Positions 19,601-27,421 of a stretch of 35,939 nt of DNA are shown piece after piece. Numbering within the stretch: position 1 is the stretch's first letter; the number at the start of each line of letters is the position of its first letter. This stretch comes from a virus (Duplodnaviria; Caudoviricetes). The notes below the pieces were generated by a model. It worked only from the letters and a program-made list of their open reading frames with translations. It was not told the origin of the DNA and made no database searches. A program made the position numbers and the translations under genes. The stretch covers positions 1-35,939 of IMG/VR virus record IMGVR_UViG_3300032103_000103. One strand, 5' to 3'.

Positions 19601-22030
19601 AAACCTTAATAATGATCGATCTGAAACATTAATTTGTGGAATAAAGAAATCGGAAGTTTTGCTCTTAACCTCTGAAATAAACTCTGCTGTTGTTGCTGAT
19701 TGTTTATAATACCTAAACTCATCAACTTGATGATAATTAGTAAACTCAATGTCGCCAATTGTAGAGAAGTTACGATACTTAATCGGGAATCCCAAAAATT
19801 TATCGATTGGCGCCGAGGTTGTTTCTGAGTAACCAAATAATTTACTGCCTTGGAAGTTTGTCCCGGGGTACAAAACTGGATCAGAGATAAAATTGCCATT
19901 AATGTCCATCAACGTAAACGTAGGTATTTGATTTGCGAATTGTTTACGTTGCCCTTCTACCCACCTTTCGCCATTGAACCAATAATTAACCCCGATGTAT
20001 TTGCCAGCAATTGGAACTATTACATCAAATTGCTGAAGTTGTTCTTCGAACGGGATTAAATGAATTTGCTCGCGATTATCAATGAAAACTAATTCAATTT
20101 TGTATTTTTGATTCCTTACTACTGGATCATCGTCGTTTGCGAAAACAATAACATCGCCTGTTTTAACAGGAAACCCATCAATTTCAAAAATCGTATTTTC
20201 TTCGTATTCCTTAAATGCGTCAGTTTTTTCAAAAATCAGATGTGTAACATAACTGCGGCCGCGTCGGCCATAGTTGTAAAGTAGCAAATCTGCATTAAAC
20301 TCTATAATCGGACGAACTGCACGAATGCCCCGGTGTGATGGGTTAACATTAAGGTCGGGTTCGCGTCCGTTGTACCGGGCCGAATCATTAATTACATCCT
20401 CGTGAACCCAACGGTTGCTCCGCGACCAAGAGTTCTTATCAACCGATGACCGATTAATAGTAATGTACTCCGGAGATGTTAAGGTTGATAAAATTGCATC
20501 AAACCGATCCACATCAAAATTATAAAGGTCAAACGGAGTGTCTTTATACATCCACATTAATTCAGGAGTAAACATCTCAGAATCTGCAATTAAGCGAATG
20601 CTAGTGCCAACGCCCTCAACGTAATACACTTGACCAGCATATTGCTCTGGTAATGTTTGCGTTGGAAATCGCACTCGCATTCCATTGCTAAAACGAACAC
20701 CATTTGGACTTACGTAGGTTCGCTGGCCGATTATGTCGCTTTCAACGTCAATGCCGGCGGTAGTGGGATCCTTAATTTTAATTTTGCCGTGATGAAACAA
20801 CGAAGATTCATCTACATAGTACAATTCGTCCATCGAGGCCGTGACTTGTTGCATTACTTGAAAGTTACCGAGCGAATCACGATAATACTCTAACCCGCAA
20901 CGAGTCTCACCATTACTAATGAACACTTTTTGATTCCTGCTTAGTTGACCGATGTTTGTTAATTGCATAACATAGTCAGTGTCGGGGTCGCCAGAAAGTG
21001 GAATTAAGTTTAAGCGCCAAACAGATGCACGCTCAACAAGCGGAACTAGACCACCGGCACCGCTGTAACCAGGAACAGAATCAAAGTTTCCGCCGAAATT
21101 AACGGCCGGGTCCCAGCGAAGATCTTCTTCTTCGAATCCGCTAACAAAAACAATTGTCTTGTTTTCCAATACAGCAGTTGTACCATCTAAGCCAGGGAAA
21201 TTACTCCTAAAAGACGACAGCAGATGATTGTGGATTTGGTTGTACTGAATTGTAGTTGCGTAATCAACTACAGGGTGGGGATCATACGGTGCGATATTAG
21301 CGAAAAACATCTGCTCGTTCTGTCGCGGAACCGAGAATGTAATGATGCCGTTTTTAATACCGTTGTTAGTAACACCAAATACTTCGCGAGACGAGATGTT
21401 ACGCGATCCTGTTTTGAACCCAGCGGGATTAGCGTTTGTTTGAATCCAAAAACGGCTATCTTGATTAACGATAAATCGATATGTGTGACCACGAAGTAAA
21501 ATTAACTCTGGGTTCCTTGATCCAAAAATACCAGACACCGAAAACGAAGACTGTGTTTTTTGGAATACAAATTCACTAGAAGTAGGCGCGTCACTTGTAT
21601 AGATGTTAACGATTTCGGGGCCGTCGGGCATCCACCAATATTGATTAAAATTAACTAGTTTATCGAGATCAACTAGATTATTATAAGATGTCGACGCGCC
21701 TGCAAATAAACGAGAATGGTTTGTAACATCGCCGCCGTAAAACCCAATCTTATTAATTAGATCAACATATGTTGCGTGGTGTTTTACATCACCATTACTG
21801 TTTTCAATCACTAAAGCTGGCTCTAGCTGATAGTTTGTCCTATCAGTGGTTGGCTCGAGAAGATAGTTGTCAGCGGACGAATATGTTGGTGCTACTTTTC
21901 GCCCGATGTAGCCGTTGATTTTCTTGAACTCTGGATCAGTTACTAATTGATCGAGCGTAGCGGACAGGAATTTTCTGTTTGCTGGCGAGCGGAAAACTTC
22001 GGGAAGAAATTTAGTAGTTTTAAGGGCCAT
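10616..22030 (-). CDS. Giant virion structural protein, 3804 aa; positional equivalent of baseplate wedge gp7; contains an FG-GAP-like beta-propeller
   Basis: Uninterrupted 11.4-kb ORF directly after gp6-like. FG-GAP-like blades, a W-x5-Y-xx-GDIV module, and VxVNG Ig-like repeats. Confidence 0.8.
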   Translation of the reverse strand: MALKTTKFLPEVFRSPANRKFLSATLDQLVTDPEFKKINGYIGRKVAPTYSSADNYLLEPTTDRTNYQLEPALVIENSNGDVKHHATYVDLINKIGFYGGDVTNHSRLFAGASTSYNNLVDLDKLVNFNQYWWMPDGPEIVNIYTSDAPTSSEFVFQKTQSSFSVSGIFGSRNPELILLRGHTYRFIVNQDSRFWIQTNANPAGFKTGSRNISSREVFGVTNNGIKNGIITFSVPRQNEQMFFANIAPYDPHPVVDYATTIQYNQIHNHLLSSFRSNFPGLDGTTAVLENKTIVFVSGFEEEDLRWDPAVNFGGNFDSVPGYSGAGGLVPLVERASVWRLNLIPLSGDPDTDYVMQLTNIGQLSRNQKVFISNGETRCGLEYYRDSLGNFQVMQQVTASMDELYYVDESSLFHHGKIKIKDPTTAGIDVESDIIGQRTYVSPNGVRFSNGMRVRFPTQTLPEQYAGQVYYVEGVGTSIRLIADSEMFTPELMWMYKDTPFDLYNFDVDRFDAILSTLTSPEYITINRSSVDKNSWSRSNRWVHEDVINDSARYNGREPDLNVNPSHRGIRAVRPIIEFNADLLLYNYGRRGRSYVTHLIFEKTDAFKEYEENTIFEIDGFPVKTGDVIVFANDDDPVVRNQKYKIELVFIDNREQIHLIPFEEQLQQFDVIVPIAGKYIGVNYWFNGERWVEGQRKQFANQIPTFTLMDINGNFISDPVLYPGTNFQGSKLFGYSETTSAPIDKFLGFPIKYRNFSTIGDIEFTNYHQVDEFRYYKQSATTAEFISEVKSKTSDFFIPQINVSDRSLLRFSPWTKVTEKTKQRQIFTFENTSESRFRLDVMPVRYNETNIQIIVNGKILPHTNATFTESEEGIYCTVQYESKGAGANKVDIIVYANKPSSIGYYEIPRNLDLNALNKVFRQVTLGQMRNHFSTIGEHVHDLVGTIPGSSNVRDTDYTDIAGNILQHEAPVVYSQLFLTHDVANFANSVAFAQREYSRFKNKFLETAATLTTRSAREPKTGVDEILSLMNAAKNSAFPWFSSDMVAHGKTKTVTIYKVLNTELVDYEVTTSFNSSTIDHSAVIVYLNGEQLIRDRDYVFRTDTKAVSFKVELQLDDVIEVAEYPDTDGSYIPETPTKLGLYPAFVPEVRFDNTYREPTNVIIGHDGSVTVAFNDFRDGLLLELEKRIYNNIKIKTAMTMDKLFEFVPGKFREAGGYNRDEFNSIIASQFLRWVGNYRINYNANLDFNGNDPWSWNYSRNIDKIDGERLPGHWRGVYRYFFDTDAPHIEPWVMLGFSEKPNWWERHYGPAPYTGGNLVMWRDIEAGRIVDGPTAGVYSSLARPGVTNTIPVDEFGNLKSPAEFAVLGYNPAYFSNPYSFGDVAPVESAWRRSSDYPYAVQFAIALMQPARYFGMFADTQQYQPSNETGGMLTNTKGQFVRPNEVRVNGQPNVYTGGYLSLISNYLISLGIDGRTKIKDLLDSIDVRLSYNVAGYTDPQYLQVFADQSSPSSINESVLLPDENMKVFLHTSIPLSKVTYSAVIVEKSGTGFLVKGYNTISPFFTVLPVDVNSTAHGVKVLNTEVAIYSKYVPFPEYVPYGTVFDTLQEVSNFLMSYGNYLAAIGFKFDDWSEAFKLPQNWELSVRELLVWSQQGWGENALIALSPTFNKLNYANGNLVVAEVDNNPLGSRVLDQNFTVINSSNFTAVREENEFELITDDRMIAFAELHLVQHEHVIVFDNTTMFNDVVYLPETGNRQFRLRVVGSKTLNWTGKFDPPGFIFNADLIQQWQAGKDYRRGDIVENKGNFYVANEQINAAESFDVSKWALTDKGQHRFGLIQNFATNAKKFTSFYDIDAFGLDENTDIFAKGLIGFRPRRYLSDLGLDLNTQIKFYQGMIHDKGTNSAIVALSGGVFNTLVNDIEIYEEWGIKVGEYGGVTSNQYFEVSMPSVSNISSDPVGFELVNNTGASTIHSGVPTGSIFKVDNKLLYKSPFVYEPNFLNIRDDSSVYEFDLKTAGYVRRDDVDATLFDIRNITELNQYIDRLKNGFTVWVAKNKVQDWDVLRVHESPLQTISAKRASDSELSVLTQNRHRLSVGDVIAISGVSSAVDGFGTVARILSLNEFLLDCKHSLSNAEIEGKGVVCTMNSVRLAYLSETADMKKYSQWDNIQRVWVDNTGNENKKWAVYEKDTHFKKVGDLLPINTVANAKQGYSVIVDSTGQFSYAASPTGNYIDLYNESVAVDRVLLSAGLIASTSNFGNSMAIGENRLIVGASESNSNNGRVIVYDRINSGMITQIQVIESPVLNGKFGHAVAMSRDSRWLYVSAVDAGLVFVYKDVNSNYVLIETLDCTNYNVDVGEKFGNSVATTSDGSLIVVGSPNSTVSQFSQSFLNAGKVVVICRKAYSFITDGIASSISLPTGTTVSDVFVNGTIRTLNAHYTISGNVVTFTSVPPASDTILIETSNFALHSTLLPSKLKQDMQFGYAVEISSNGDNVFASAPFWNSATYHNGIVFSFTNRLKEFKYVEAVNESATIAPATSLLINNIEVFSTGSSIGDLVNDIDVANIPGVSARATNNRIVITGAYSITPGQGNVYYELNFNTFVESQVVDRPDVNSNSGQVFGTVLEYSDTLQTLAITSKNADAANVTEYDDGNLKIDGDFTRIYDYVHFSGAVYLFEKVKDPRNNYMFPHRFSFVQTVHDNTVRTSDNFGHSLSFGNNTLLIGSPSHEHNASVIDSGKAVLVTATRQSAFVKKHEWSEKVDYTLVNRVFLYNTKTNETIVNLDIIDPAKGKILGIARENIDFVAEHDPAQYNRGQTVNVSSSVNTWGKPQIGTVWWDLSTARFAEYEQGSIAHRMNNWGELFDKSSIDVYEWIESDLLPSEYALLSGLAGTPKEPNDTHYSVGYKVNFDGVIKNTFYFWVSHKIDNPFSKSMSTDFIANSIQSPRTAGIPFIAFTSSNSFALYGAGAFLDSENVVLRIEYVADSCGSKSIPIHTEYAIAQEKNPVYTFPEAFVEKLIDSLTGADRHNRVVPDPSLKATQRYGIAMNPRQSMFVNRRSAVKVAVDFLNKLCAEIPIATTTDLTPLYQSEPLPPASEYDVAIGSYQAWENIGPTVFTNGTRLLIKSDSENLGRWTLHVVENDSLRTVRSQSYKTDELWAFADWFAVDYDRNKQFDYVVDTPLDSLLLDVKPGELIFVRNGFKSNYVVYRIESDLSRTPVAVQNGTIRLLSDVYRVEGFDNSMFGVGALDSNIAIPFKAIIKAFREKILINEYSSKFTDLVFILIKYVLAEQKNVDWVFKTSFISVNHKLRKLDQHPVYIRDNQVYYADYIHEVKPYRTKIREYTINYSGADNLEVGATDFDLPSYYDKELKTWRSPNNEHARDDVLLEIVPEYQAWKENHNLEISGFNIVNRGINYQESLSIVITGAPTDTPAVIKPIVHGFTGELLSIEIISGGSYSTMPVVAIHGTGTGAVVYPIVDNKKIRSISTSIKFDRVSYTVDTDLLGISLDDVMPPLPYDLSARGSYNLSKEEINRLTANERLEAFYTAPPGNLARSLPALVPGIDFEGVKLTGGKFTTQPWNAPDSIVNGSAFTDANLGTQFEDVNITGGAFIDTWHSHAPEELVPGQCFETVSITVFTEDGSGGYHGYRMVNDGGEWSYQRLSDAHSTELARPLHADDANIVVSDSSVLPNPDPSKLIPGVIYIGAERIEYYAKDDTTNTLSNIRRGTQKTATLEIVPVYEKVVDASRHTQGIPPTVYGGQYVPMIWLNLDPDPDPDAISDGTGLLGSSTAQAVFIKGAAFNYPYSMLIL

Positions 22031-22063
22031 TGTTGTTCCGTAAGATAGAAGCTAACTATCTTG

Positions 22064-22071
22064 TATTTACC
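22064..22071 (-). promoter_or_regulatory. Late promoter GGTAAATA
   Basis: Intergenic octamer 33 nt upstream of ATG 22030. Confidence 0.8.
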
Positions 22072-22100
22072 GGAGAAAAAGTGGCGGGTTTTAGACTAGA

Positions 22101-25100
22101 CTACAGTCTTGACTCAATTGCTGAGAGGGTAACTGCATTAATGATCTCGATGTCATTTACTGTAGCACCACTAACTAGCATTTCGCCTGGGGTGGCATTT
22201 ACTTGGTATAAACTACCAAAATAGCCGTCGGCCGATTTAGGCACCAAGATCACACTTGAGATCATATTAATCATTTTCGAATGTAGATATGCAGATAACT
22301 CACTAAAATAAAAAGTATCGCCGAGGTCTCGGTTATTAACATCGAAGTAATTATTAATCTCTAAAACCATTTTTGACTTCACGTCATTATCACTTACTAG
22401 TGCATTTAGATTCTTAACAACCTTAAATGTGGCCTGCAAACTAGGATCGGCCCTTACACCAAACAGCGGTTTGAATTTTACTGCATTATAAATGATAGTA
22501 TCAGATACGGGTTTGTAGTTTTCAATCTCGCTAAATTCAATCGACAATTCTTCGTTGGTGGGCGCAACTGGCTCTACCATTTCATTTGTAGCATCATGTA
22601 ACCAACGACGATAATCTTCATCGTATTGCCGTGTGAGAATATACATGTCGATAATATTAATTGGGCTCGGGTCAATTCGTCGATAATTCGAACTGTTATG
22701 TCGATAACGAAACTGTATGCGATCCCTCCCAACCTTTGCGCTATATTCAGTTGATATATCTCTTACAGAACGAACACTATCAACCGCCTCATCAATTACA
22801 TAAAACTCGTCTGAAGTCGGAACATAAAAACGCTGACCAGCCTCGTAATACATGATATTTGTTGCGATGTAACCAACCGAGCCCACTACAACAAACTGAT
22901 TTGAATCAACCAATGTCTCCTTTATAAACTGATCAGTTGATGGTTCGATCTTAAAGAATACAAACTTACGATCTGGGTTGGTGTCAGGAGAAACAATATC
23001 AACGAACGCATATGGATTATCGGGTTGACCATCAATGTTTGTATCTGGGTATGTAATATAAATTCTGTTATTTGCAACATACCCGTCGGCGCCAATGCTA
23101 TTTTTATAAACGCTCCAATTGTAATCAAACTCTAACGGATCGTTAGAATCTGGCTTTGAATTGCACTTCAATACAGTGATGTGGTCCTTAATCGTTTTGC
23201 CGATCTTAGAATCATAAACTAGCACATCTTCATCAAAATAAAACTTAACCAGTTTAGCACTTTCAAAAACATACTGAGTTGTTCTGAACATTACATCATA
23301 CGACAATCCATTATAAACAAATGCAATCATCCAAGAACTATCAAGGTTATTCCCCGACGTATCTTCTGTGTTATTAAAACTAAAACCATTTGTTAGATTG
23401 AGATCTTCTGCTTTGATAAGCTGCCAAGACTGTGTGTTTTTGTTAAACAGCAATCCAAACGTTTGAAATGAATCAACATAAGATTTAGTTAGTGCTCTAA
23501 CAATATCTGGGCTTGGGTTTGTACGCAATGCAGGGATTACCCTTTCTACAATTGCACCGGACGGAACTTTAATATTCAATACAACAGGAGCGGTCCCGTC
23601 GGCATAAGTGCCAGTGCCCATTGCGGTCCCATCGCCCTTAACTGTCATTACTGTTGCGTAGATCGCATAACGATCATTTTCATAACGAGGCGATCCGGCC
23701 ACCAAATCATTATGGGTATTGAAATAATGTCCAGCTGGCGCAACAAACTTAACAACAGAACCGGGGCGAATATAGCGGGCAGGTGTTGTCGTGTTATAGC
23801 CCAACTGCCGAGGTGTGTTATCACCACTATCGTAGAAGAAACCATACGATTCTGCTGTCATGCGATTAATTAATCGCCAGCTACACAATGGCACTTCATA
23901 CGAGGGATAGTTGCTATAGTAAAAGTGCAACACTTCTTTAAGATTGAGAATCTGCGTTACCATGTCGAACACTAGTTTGTTGGCCTCTGTTAGTGTAGAG
24001 AAACTAATAGACGCAGACTTAGTTACAGTGTCTTTGAAAAGTGCACCATCATTAGCAAAAATGTCGGTACTAGAGTATTTCCCAGTTGGGTCAATTACAT
24101 CTAACGATCGGCTAATGCCGCTGCTCGTTCTGTTGACGGCTTTAACTTTAATGATGTTCGAAAAGTTTGCAAAGGGGAACAGGTTATAGTCTTCCCCTGT
24201 GATCATCCTGTTTTGTGTGTAATAGTTCTGCGGGGCACGACGCCGAATACTATCGATTGATTCGCGCGGCGACGCATTTGAAATGGTATATCTCAAACTA
24301 GCTGTTAATGTTAGTGTTTCAACCCTGCCAGCGCGACTAATATAATTCATCGAAATGCGAACATTTTGCATTTCGTCTGCTGTGATTTTATAACTGTTAT
24401 TTGCAGAGGTCCGATAATATAATGTATATGTCCCGCGTGGGATATTAGCAAAAGACCCGTCGCCAAACACCAGATCAATTTGATCGTTTGTTTTAGTTAC
24501 AACCTGATATAGGTCACGAACATTGCCTTTATTATAGATAATGTTTGTTCCAGAGATAGCAGGAACTTGTTTCCATTCTTTACCAATTGACCCGTCGCTA
24601 TTGTTTTCGTATAGCCACACATCTGAATTGTTAACATTATTAACACTGATATTAACAACACGATTAGCCAATGCTTCTTCTAAAGAGAAATTAACTGTGT
24701 TAAGCTCGCCCTGTTTGAAATAAACAAAGAACCCGGTATTAACACTTGTGTTGCCGTTGTTGTCATTTCGATATAATACATTAAACAACTGAGTTGGCCT
24801 CGGCTGTCGCTCGTAAATGTAATTGGCACCAATGCTAGTGGCACTGACAACCTCAAACGGATAACGAACGCCGTTAATTGATGCATTAAATGCAAACACA
24901 GGCCTAGTGTTGGTGGTTAAGTTTAGTGTGTATTCGTCTGTTTGAATGCCGTTGATTTTTTGGCCATTTCCGGGCTTGCCAATTATTTGCGAGTCGACCA
25001 ATGCAGCATTGAAGATAATATTAAACTGTTCTTGCCAGTTGTCATTTGTTGTATCATTCCAATAGACCGGAATGTTTGAAATCGAAATGCCGTCTGAATC

Positions 25101-25493
25101 ACGCAACGTTTCGGTTGTGCTGATTGTTTCGATCTTTAAAAATCCGCTAGCACAAATTGCCCGCCTAGGATTATAACTAATTAGGCGTGCTAGTTTAATA
25201 ATAGAGTCACGACGTTCTGCTGTGTCTAAAAAGTTTTCGCGAGCATTTAAATCAGTCCTATATGCTAGGTTCTGACCCATGTATGCAATTAAGTCAATTA
25301 ACGCAACATACTCAGACGACTCGATGTAATCGTTGAAATCCTCTGGGTAGTGAATCTTCAAATAATCAATCATTGCTTTTCGCAACGATTCAAAATCGTA
25401 GCTACGGAAGTCGGCGTTTTTAAATGTACGATAAATCTGACGCCAATCTTCGGCTGCTAGAATATCAACTTTCTGAAGGGAGGTGTTTGACAT
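22101..25493 (-). CDS. gp6: Baseplate wedge subunit, T4 gp6-like, extended to 1130 aa
   Basis: DFESLRKAMIDYL, LIDLIAY, ENFLDTAERRDSIIKLARLISYNPRR, LVFGDG, ESIDSIRRRAP...QNRMITGEDY are gp6/baseplate-J family motifs. Confidence 0.9.
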   Translation of the reverse strand: MSNTSLQKVDILAAEDWRQIYRTFKNADFRSYDFESLRKAMIDYLKIHYPEDFNDYIESSEYVALIDLIAYMGQNLAYRTDLNARENFLDTAERRDSIIKLARLISYNPRRAICASGFLKIETISTTETLRDSDGISISNIPVYWNDTTNDNWQEQFNIIFNAALVDSQIIGKPGNGQKINGIQTDEYTLNLTTNTRPVFAFNASINGVRYPFEVVSATSIGANYIYERQPRPTQLFNVLYRNDNNGNTSVNTGFFVYFKQGELNTVNFSLEEALANRVVNISVNNVNNSDVWLYENNSDGSIGKEWKQVPAISGTNIIYNKGNVRDLYQVVTKTNDQIDLVFGDGSFANIPRGTYTLYYRTSANNSYKITADEMQNVRISMNYISRAGRVETLTLTASLRYTISNASPRESIDSIRRRAPQNYYTQNRMITGEDYNLFPFANFSNIIKVKAVNRTSSGISRSLDVIDPTGKYSSTDIFANDGALFKDTVTKSASISFSTLTEANKLVFDMVTQILNLKEVLHFYYSNYPSYEVPLCSWRLINRMTAESYGFFYDSGDNTPRQLGYNTTTPARYIRPGSVVKFVAPAGHYFNTHNDLVAGSPRYENDRYAIYATVMTVKGDGTAMGTGTYADGTAPVVLNIKVPSGAIVERVIPALRTNPSPDIVRALTKSYVDSFQTFGLLFNKNTQSWQLIKAEDLNLTNGFSFNNTEDTSGNNLDSSWMIAFVYNGLSYDVMFRTTQYVFESAKLVKFYFDEDVLVYDSKIGKTIKDHITVLKCNSKPDSNDPLEFDYNWSVYKNSIGADGYVANNRIYITYPDTNIDGQPDNPYAFVDIVSPDTNPDRKFVFFKIEPSTDQFIKETLVDSNQFVVVGSVGYIATNIMYYEAGQRFYVPTSDEFYVIDEAVDSVRSVRDISTEYSAKVGRDRIQFRYRHNSSNYRRIDPSPINIIDMYILTRQYDEDYRRWLHDATNEMVEPVAPTNEELSIEFSEIENYKPVSDTIIYNAVKFKPLFGVRADPSLQATFKVVKNLNALVSDNDVKSKMVLEINNYFDVNNRDLGDTFYFSELSAYLHSKMINMISSVILVPKSADGYFGSLYQVNATPGEMLVSGATVNDIEIINAVTLSAIESRL

Positions 25494-25497
25494 CTTG

Positions 25498-25505
25498 TAT
25501 TTACC
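25498..25505 (-). promoter_or_regulatory. Late promoter GGTAAATA, 4 nt from the ATG (leaderless)
   Basis: Minus strand GGTAAATA-CAAG-ATG within a 17-nt intergenic gap. Confidence 0.75.
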
Positions 25506-25510
25506 GTTGA

Positions 25511-25864
25511 TTATTCATGAAGAAACGGAAGCTGAATAAACGCCCGCTGGCCGCCCGGGAGATAGATTAGTTCTAACTCTACCATAATCCCGTGGGTGTG
25601 TTCAATAATATTAATGTGCTCAACAGAAATGCGCGGATCATAATTTACAATGCGTTTGATGTCATCAACAATTACCTGTTTACTAGTTTCGTTTAATGGT
25701 TCAAAAATCATACTCCATATAACTGAACCAAAGTTTGGGTTCATTAACTTTTCACCCTTACGAATTGAGAAATGATTTATCAGGTCGCGTTTAGCCAAAT
25801 CAAAATCACCAACCTTAAAATATTCGTTGCTGAGTAATGTAGAAAATCCACGATAAATTGTCAT
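25511..25864 (-). CDS. gp25: Baseplate wedge / sheath initiator, gp25-like
   Basis: RKGEKLMNPNFGS...IFEP...YDPRI is the GPW_gp25 family signature. Confidence 0.9.
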   Translation of the reverse strand: MTIYRGFSTLLSNEYFKVGDFDLAKRDLINHFSIRKGEKLMNPNFGSVIWSMIFEPLNETSKQVIVDDIKRIVNYDPRISVEHINIIEHTHGIMVELELIYLPGGQRAFIQLPFLHE

Positions 25865-25876
25865 AGTTTGTTTTCC

Positions 25877-27403
25877 TTATCTTCTATCATTAGAAGAACC
25901 AGTGTCTGGTGGTCGGCGGGGAGACTGTGGGACAGATGTTATCATTGTCGACTCTGCACCTTTGACTGGGCCTTTTGCCCCAGACAGCTTTCTCTTATGT
26001 ACTGGGCTCGGTTCATGAGTTGGGGCGATTGTGACTATACTCGATACGCTGCCAGGGACATCTGAATGCGAAATACTTATTAGGCCGCTGGGTGTAGGCA
26101 CGGGACTCGTGCTCGGTGTGGACACAGATGCCCCGCCCGGTGAAATTGGTGTCGACTTAACAGGACTGCCAGATAGTGTTAACTCGCCGCCAGCAGCAAT
26201 GTTGTATGCTCCGCCTGCTTTTGTTTTAACACTTCCGCCGTATGTGTGTAACGAGCCCGATGCTTTTTCGGTAATATTTTGAGCATCTAATGATATACTG
26301 TTTGCAGATTGGTTAAACGAGTTGGCAGCTTTTGCTTTAATATCGTTGCCGTAGATGTGTAATGTTTCAGAGGCCTTTTCGGTTATGTTACGAGCATCTA
26401 ACGTTATGTTAGCTGCCTTTTGGTTAATGTTTCCAATTGCGTTGATATTGATGTTTTTGTCAGAGTGTAAATTGAGGTCACCTTTAGAACGAACACTAAA
26501 TGCGTCATTTGCAAAGATGTGGATCTTTCCGTCTTCATCAAATTCTAACCACGCTGTTCCGTTTAAATTTGCAATATAAAGAACCTGCTCCGAGTCATTC
26601 ATCATGATTTGATGGCCGCCAGCGGTCCTGAGACGGATTAACCGATCTTTATCATCGGCATCGCCGTCATCCATAACAAAGGTGTGACCACCTGCTCTCG
26701 ATGTAACAGTCCCAGTTACGCCACCGCGTTGTAGAGGGCGGCCAGGTGTAGACCACCCAAACACCCTGCTAGGACTTTCACGATGAGAAGAACTCGTAAC
26801 AGTGCCGCGAACAGTGTCGTTAAGTAAGCCCTGTTTTTTTAAAATCTCAACCTGTGTGTTATGTGGGGGCTTCTTATTAAATGGAAATGTAGAATAATCA
26901 TTAACAGAACTGTTATATTGATTGTGCTCACTCACTGGAACCTGCGGTGCTCCACTGGGTGATGTCACGCTAGAAGCCGGTACCGATCCTAACCCGGGAA
27001 CCATAAAATGACTAACAGTATTGGGAACACATGCAAACCAATACCCGCGAGCAGGATCGCCAGCGACGAATGTAATTAAAACGAGATTATTAATATCAGG
27101 ACTAGCTCCCCAAAACCCGTAAGTATGGTTTGTTCTGCCGAACTCGTTGTCCGTTGGCGGATTCCCAGGAAACGATGTCGCACCAAAAAAAGGACTAGCA
27201 TATGACACTGTCCTCCAGAACGCAGGGTTATCTTCTTCGCCGCCTAGGTCTGGTAGCCACACCTGCAATCTTCCTCTTCGCATAGGATCGACATGATTTT
27301 TCACAATGCCGATATAAACACCATGCATAAGATTGATACCAGGGGCCGCTGTTCTAGCATAACTTGGTGCAATTTGATTCTGAACTCTTTTATCAATCGA
27401 CAT
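25877..27403 (-). CDS. gp5: Central spike, gp5/VgrG-like (OB-fold plus beta-helix, no lysozyme)
   Basis: YIGIVKNHVDPMRRGRLQVW and VLITFVAGDPARGYW OB-fold motifs, GHTFVMDD/GHQIMMND beta-prism, followed by beta-helix repeats. Confidence 0.85.
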   Translation of the reverse strand: MSIDKRVQNQIAPSYARTAAPGINLMHGVYIGIVKNHVDPMRRGRLQVWLPDLGGEEDNPAFWRTVSYASPFFGATSFPGNPPTDNEFGRTNHTYGFWGASPDINNLVLITFVAGDPARGYWFACVPNTVSHFMVPGLGSVPASSVTSPSGAPQVPVSEHNQYNSSVNDYSTFPFNKKPPHNTQVEILKKQGLLNDTVRGTVTSSSHRESPSRVFGWSTPGRPLQRGGVTGTVTSRAGGHTFVMDDGDADDKDRLIRLRTAGGHQIMMNDSEQVLYIANLNGTAWLEFDEDGKIHIFANDAFSVRSKGDLNLHSDKNININAIGNINQKAANITLDARNITEKASETLHIYGNDIKAKAANSFNQSANSISLDAQNITEKASGSLHTYGGSVKTKAGGAYNIAAGGELTLSGSPVKSTPISPGGASVSTPSTSPVPTPSGLISISHSDVPGSVSSIVTIAPTHEPSPVHKRKLSGAKGPVKGAESTMITSVPQSPRRPPDTGSSNDRR

Positions 27404-27421
27404 AGTTTTCTCTTGATGTGC

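Noticed and set aside
10616-22030. Giant ORF as a tape measure protein, intein-containing protein or RNA polymerase
   Set aside because: Beta-rich and aromatic rather than Ala-rich helical; no intein splice or LAGLIDADG motifs and no DxDGD polymerase motif noticed.
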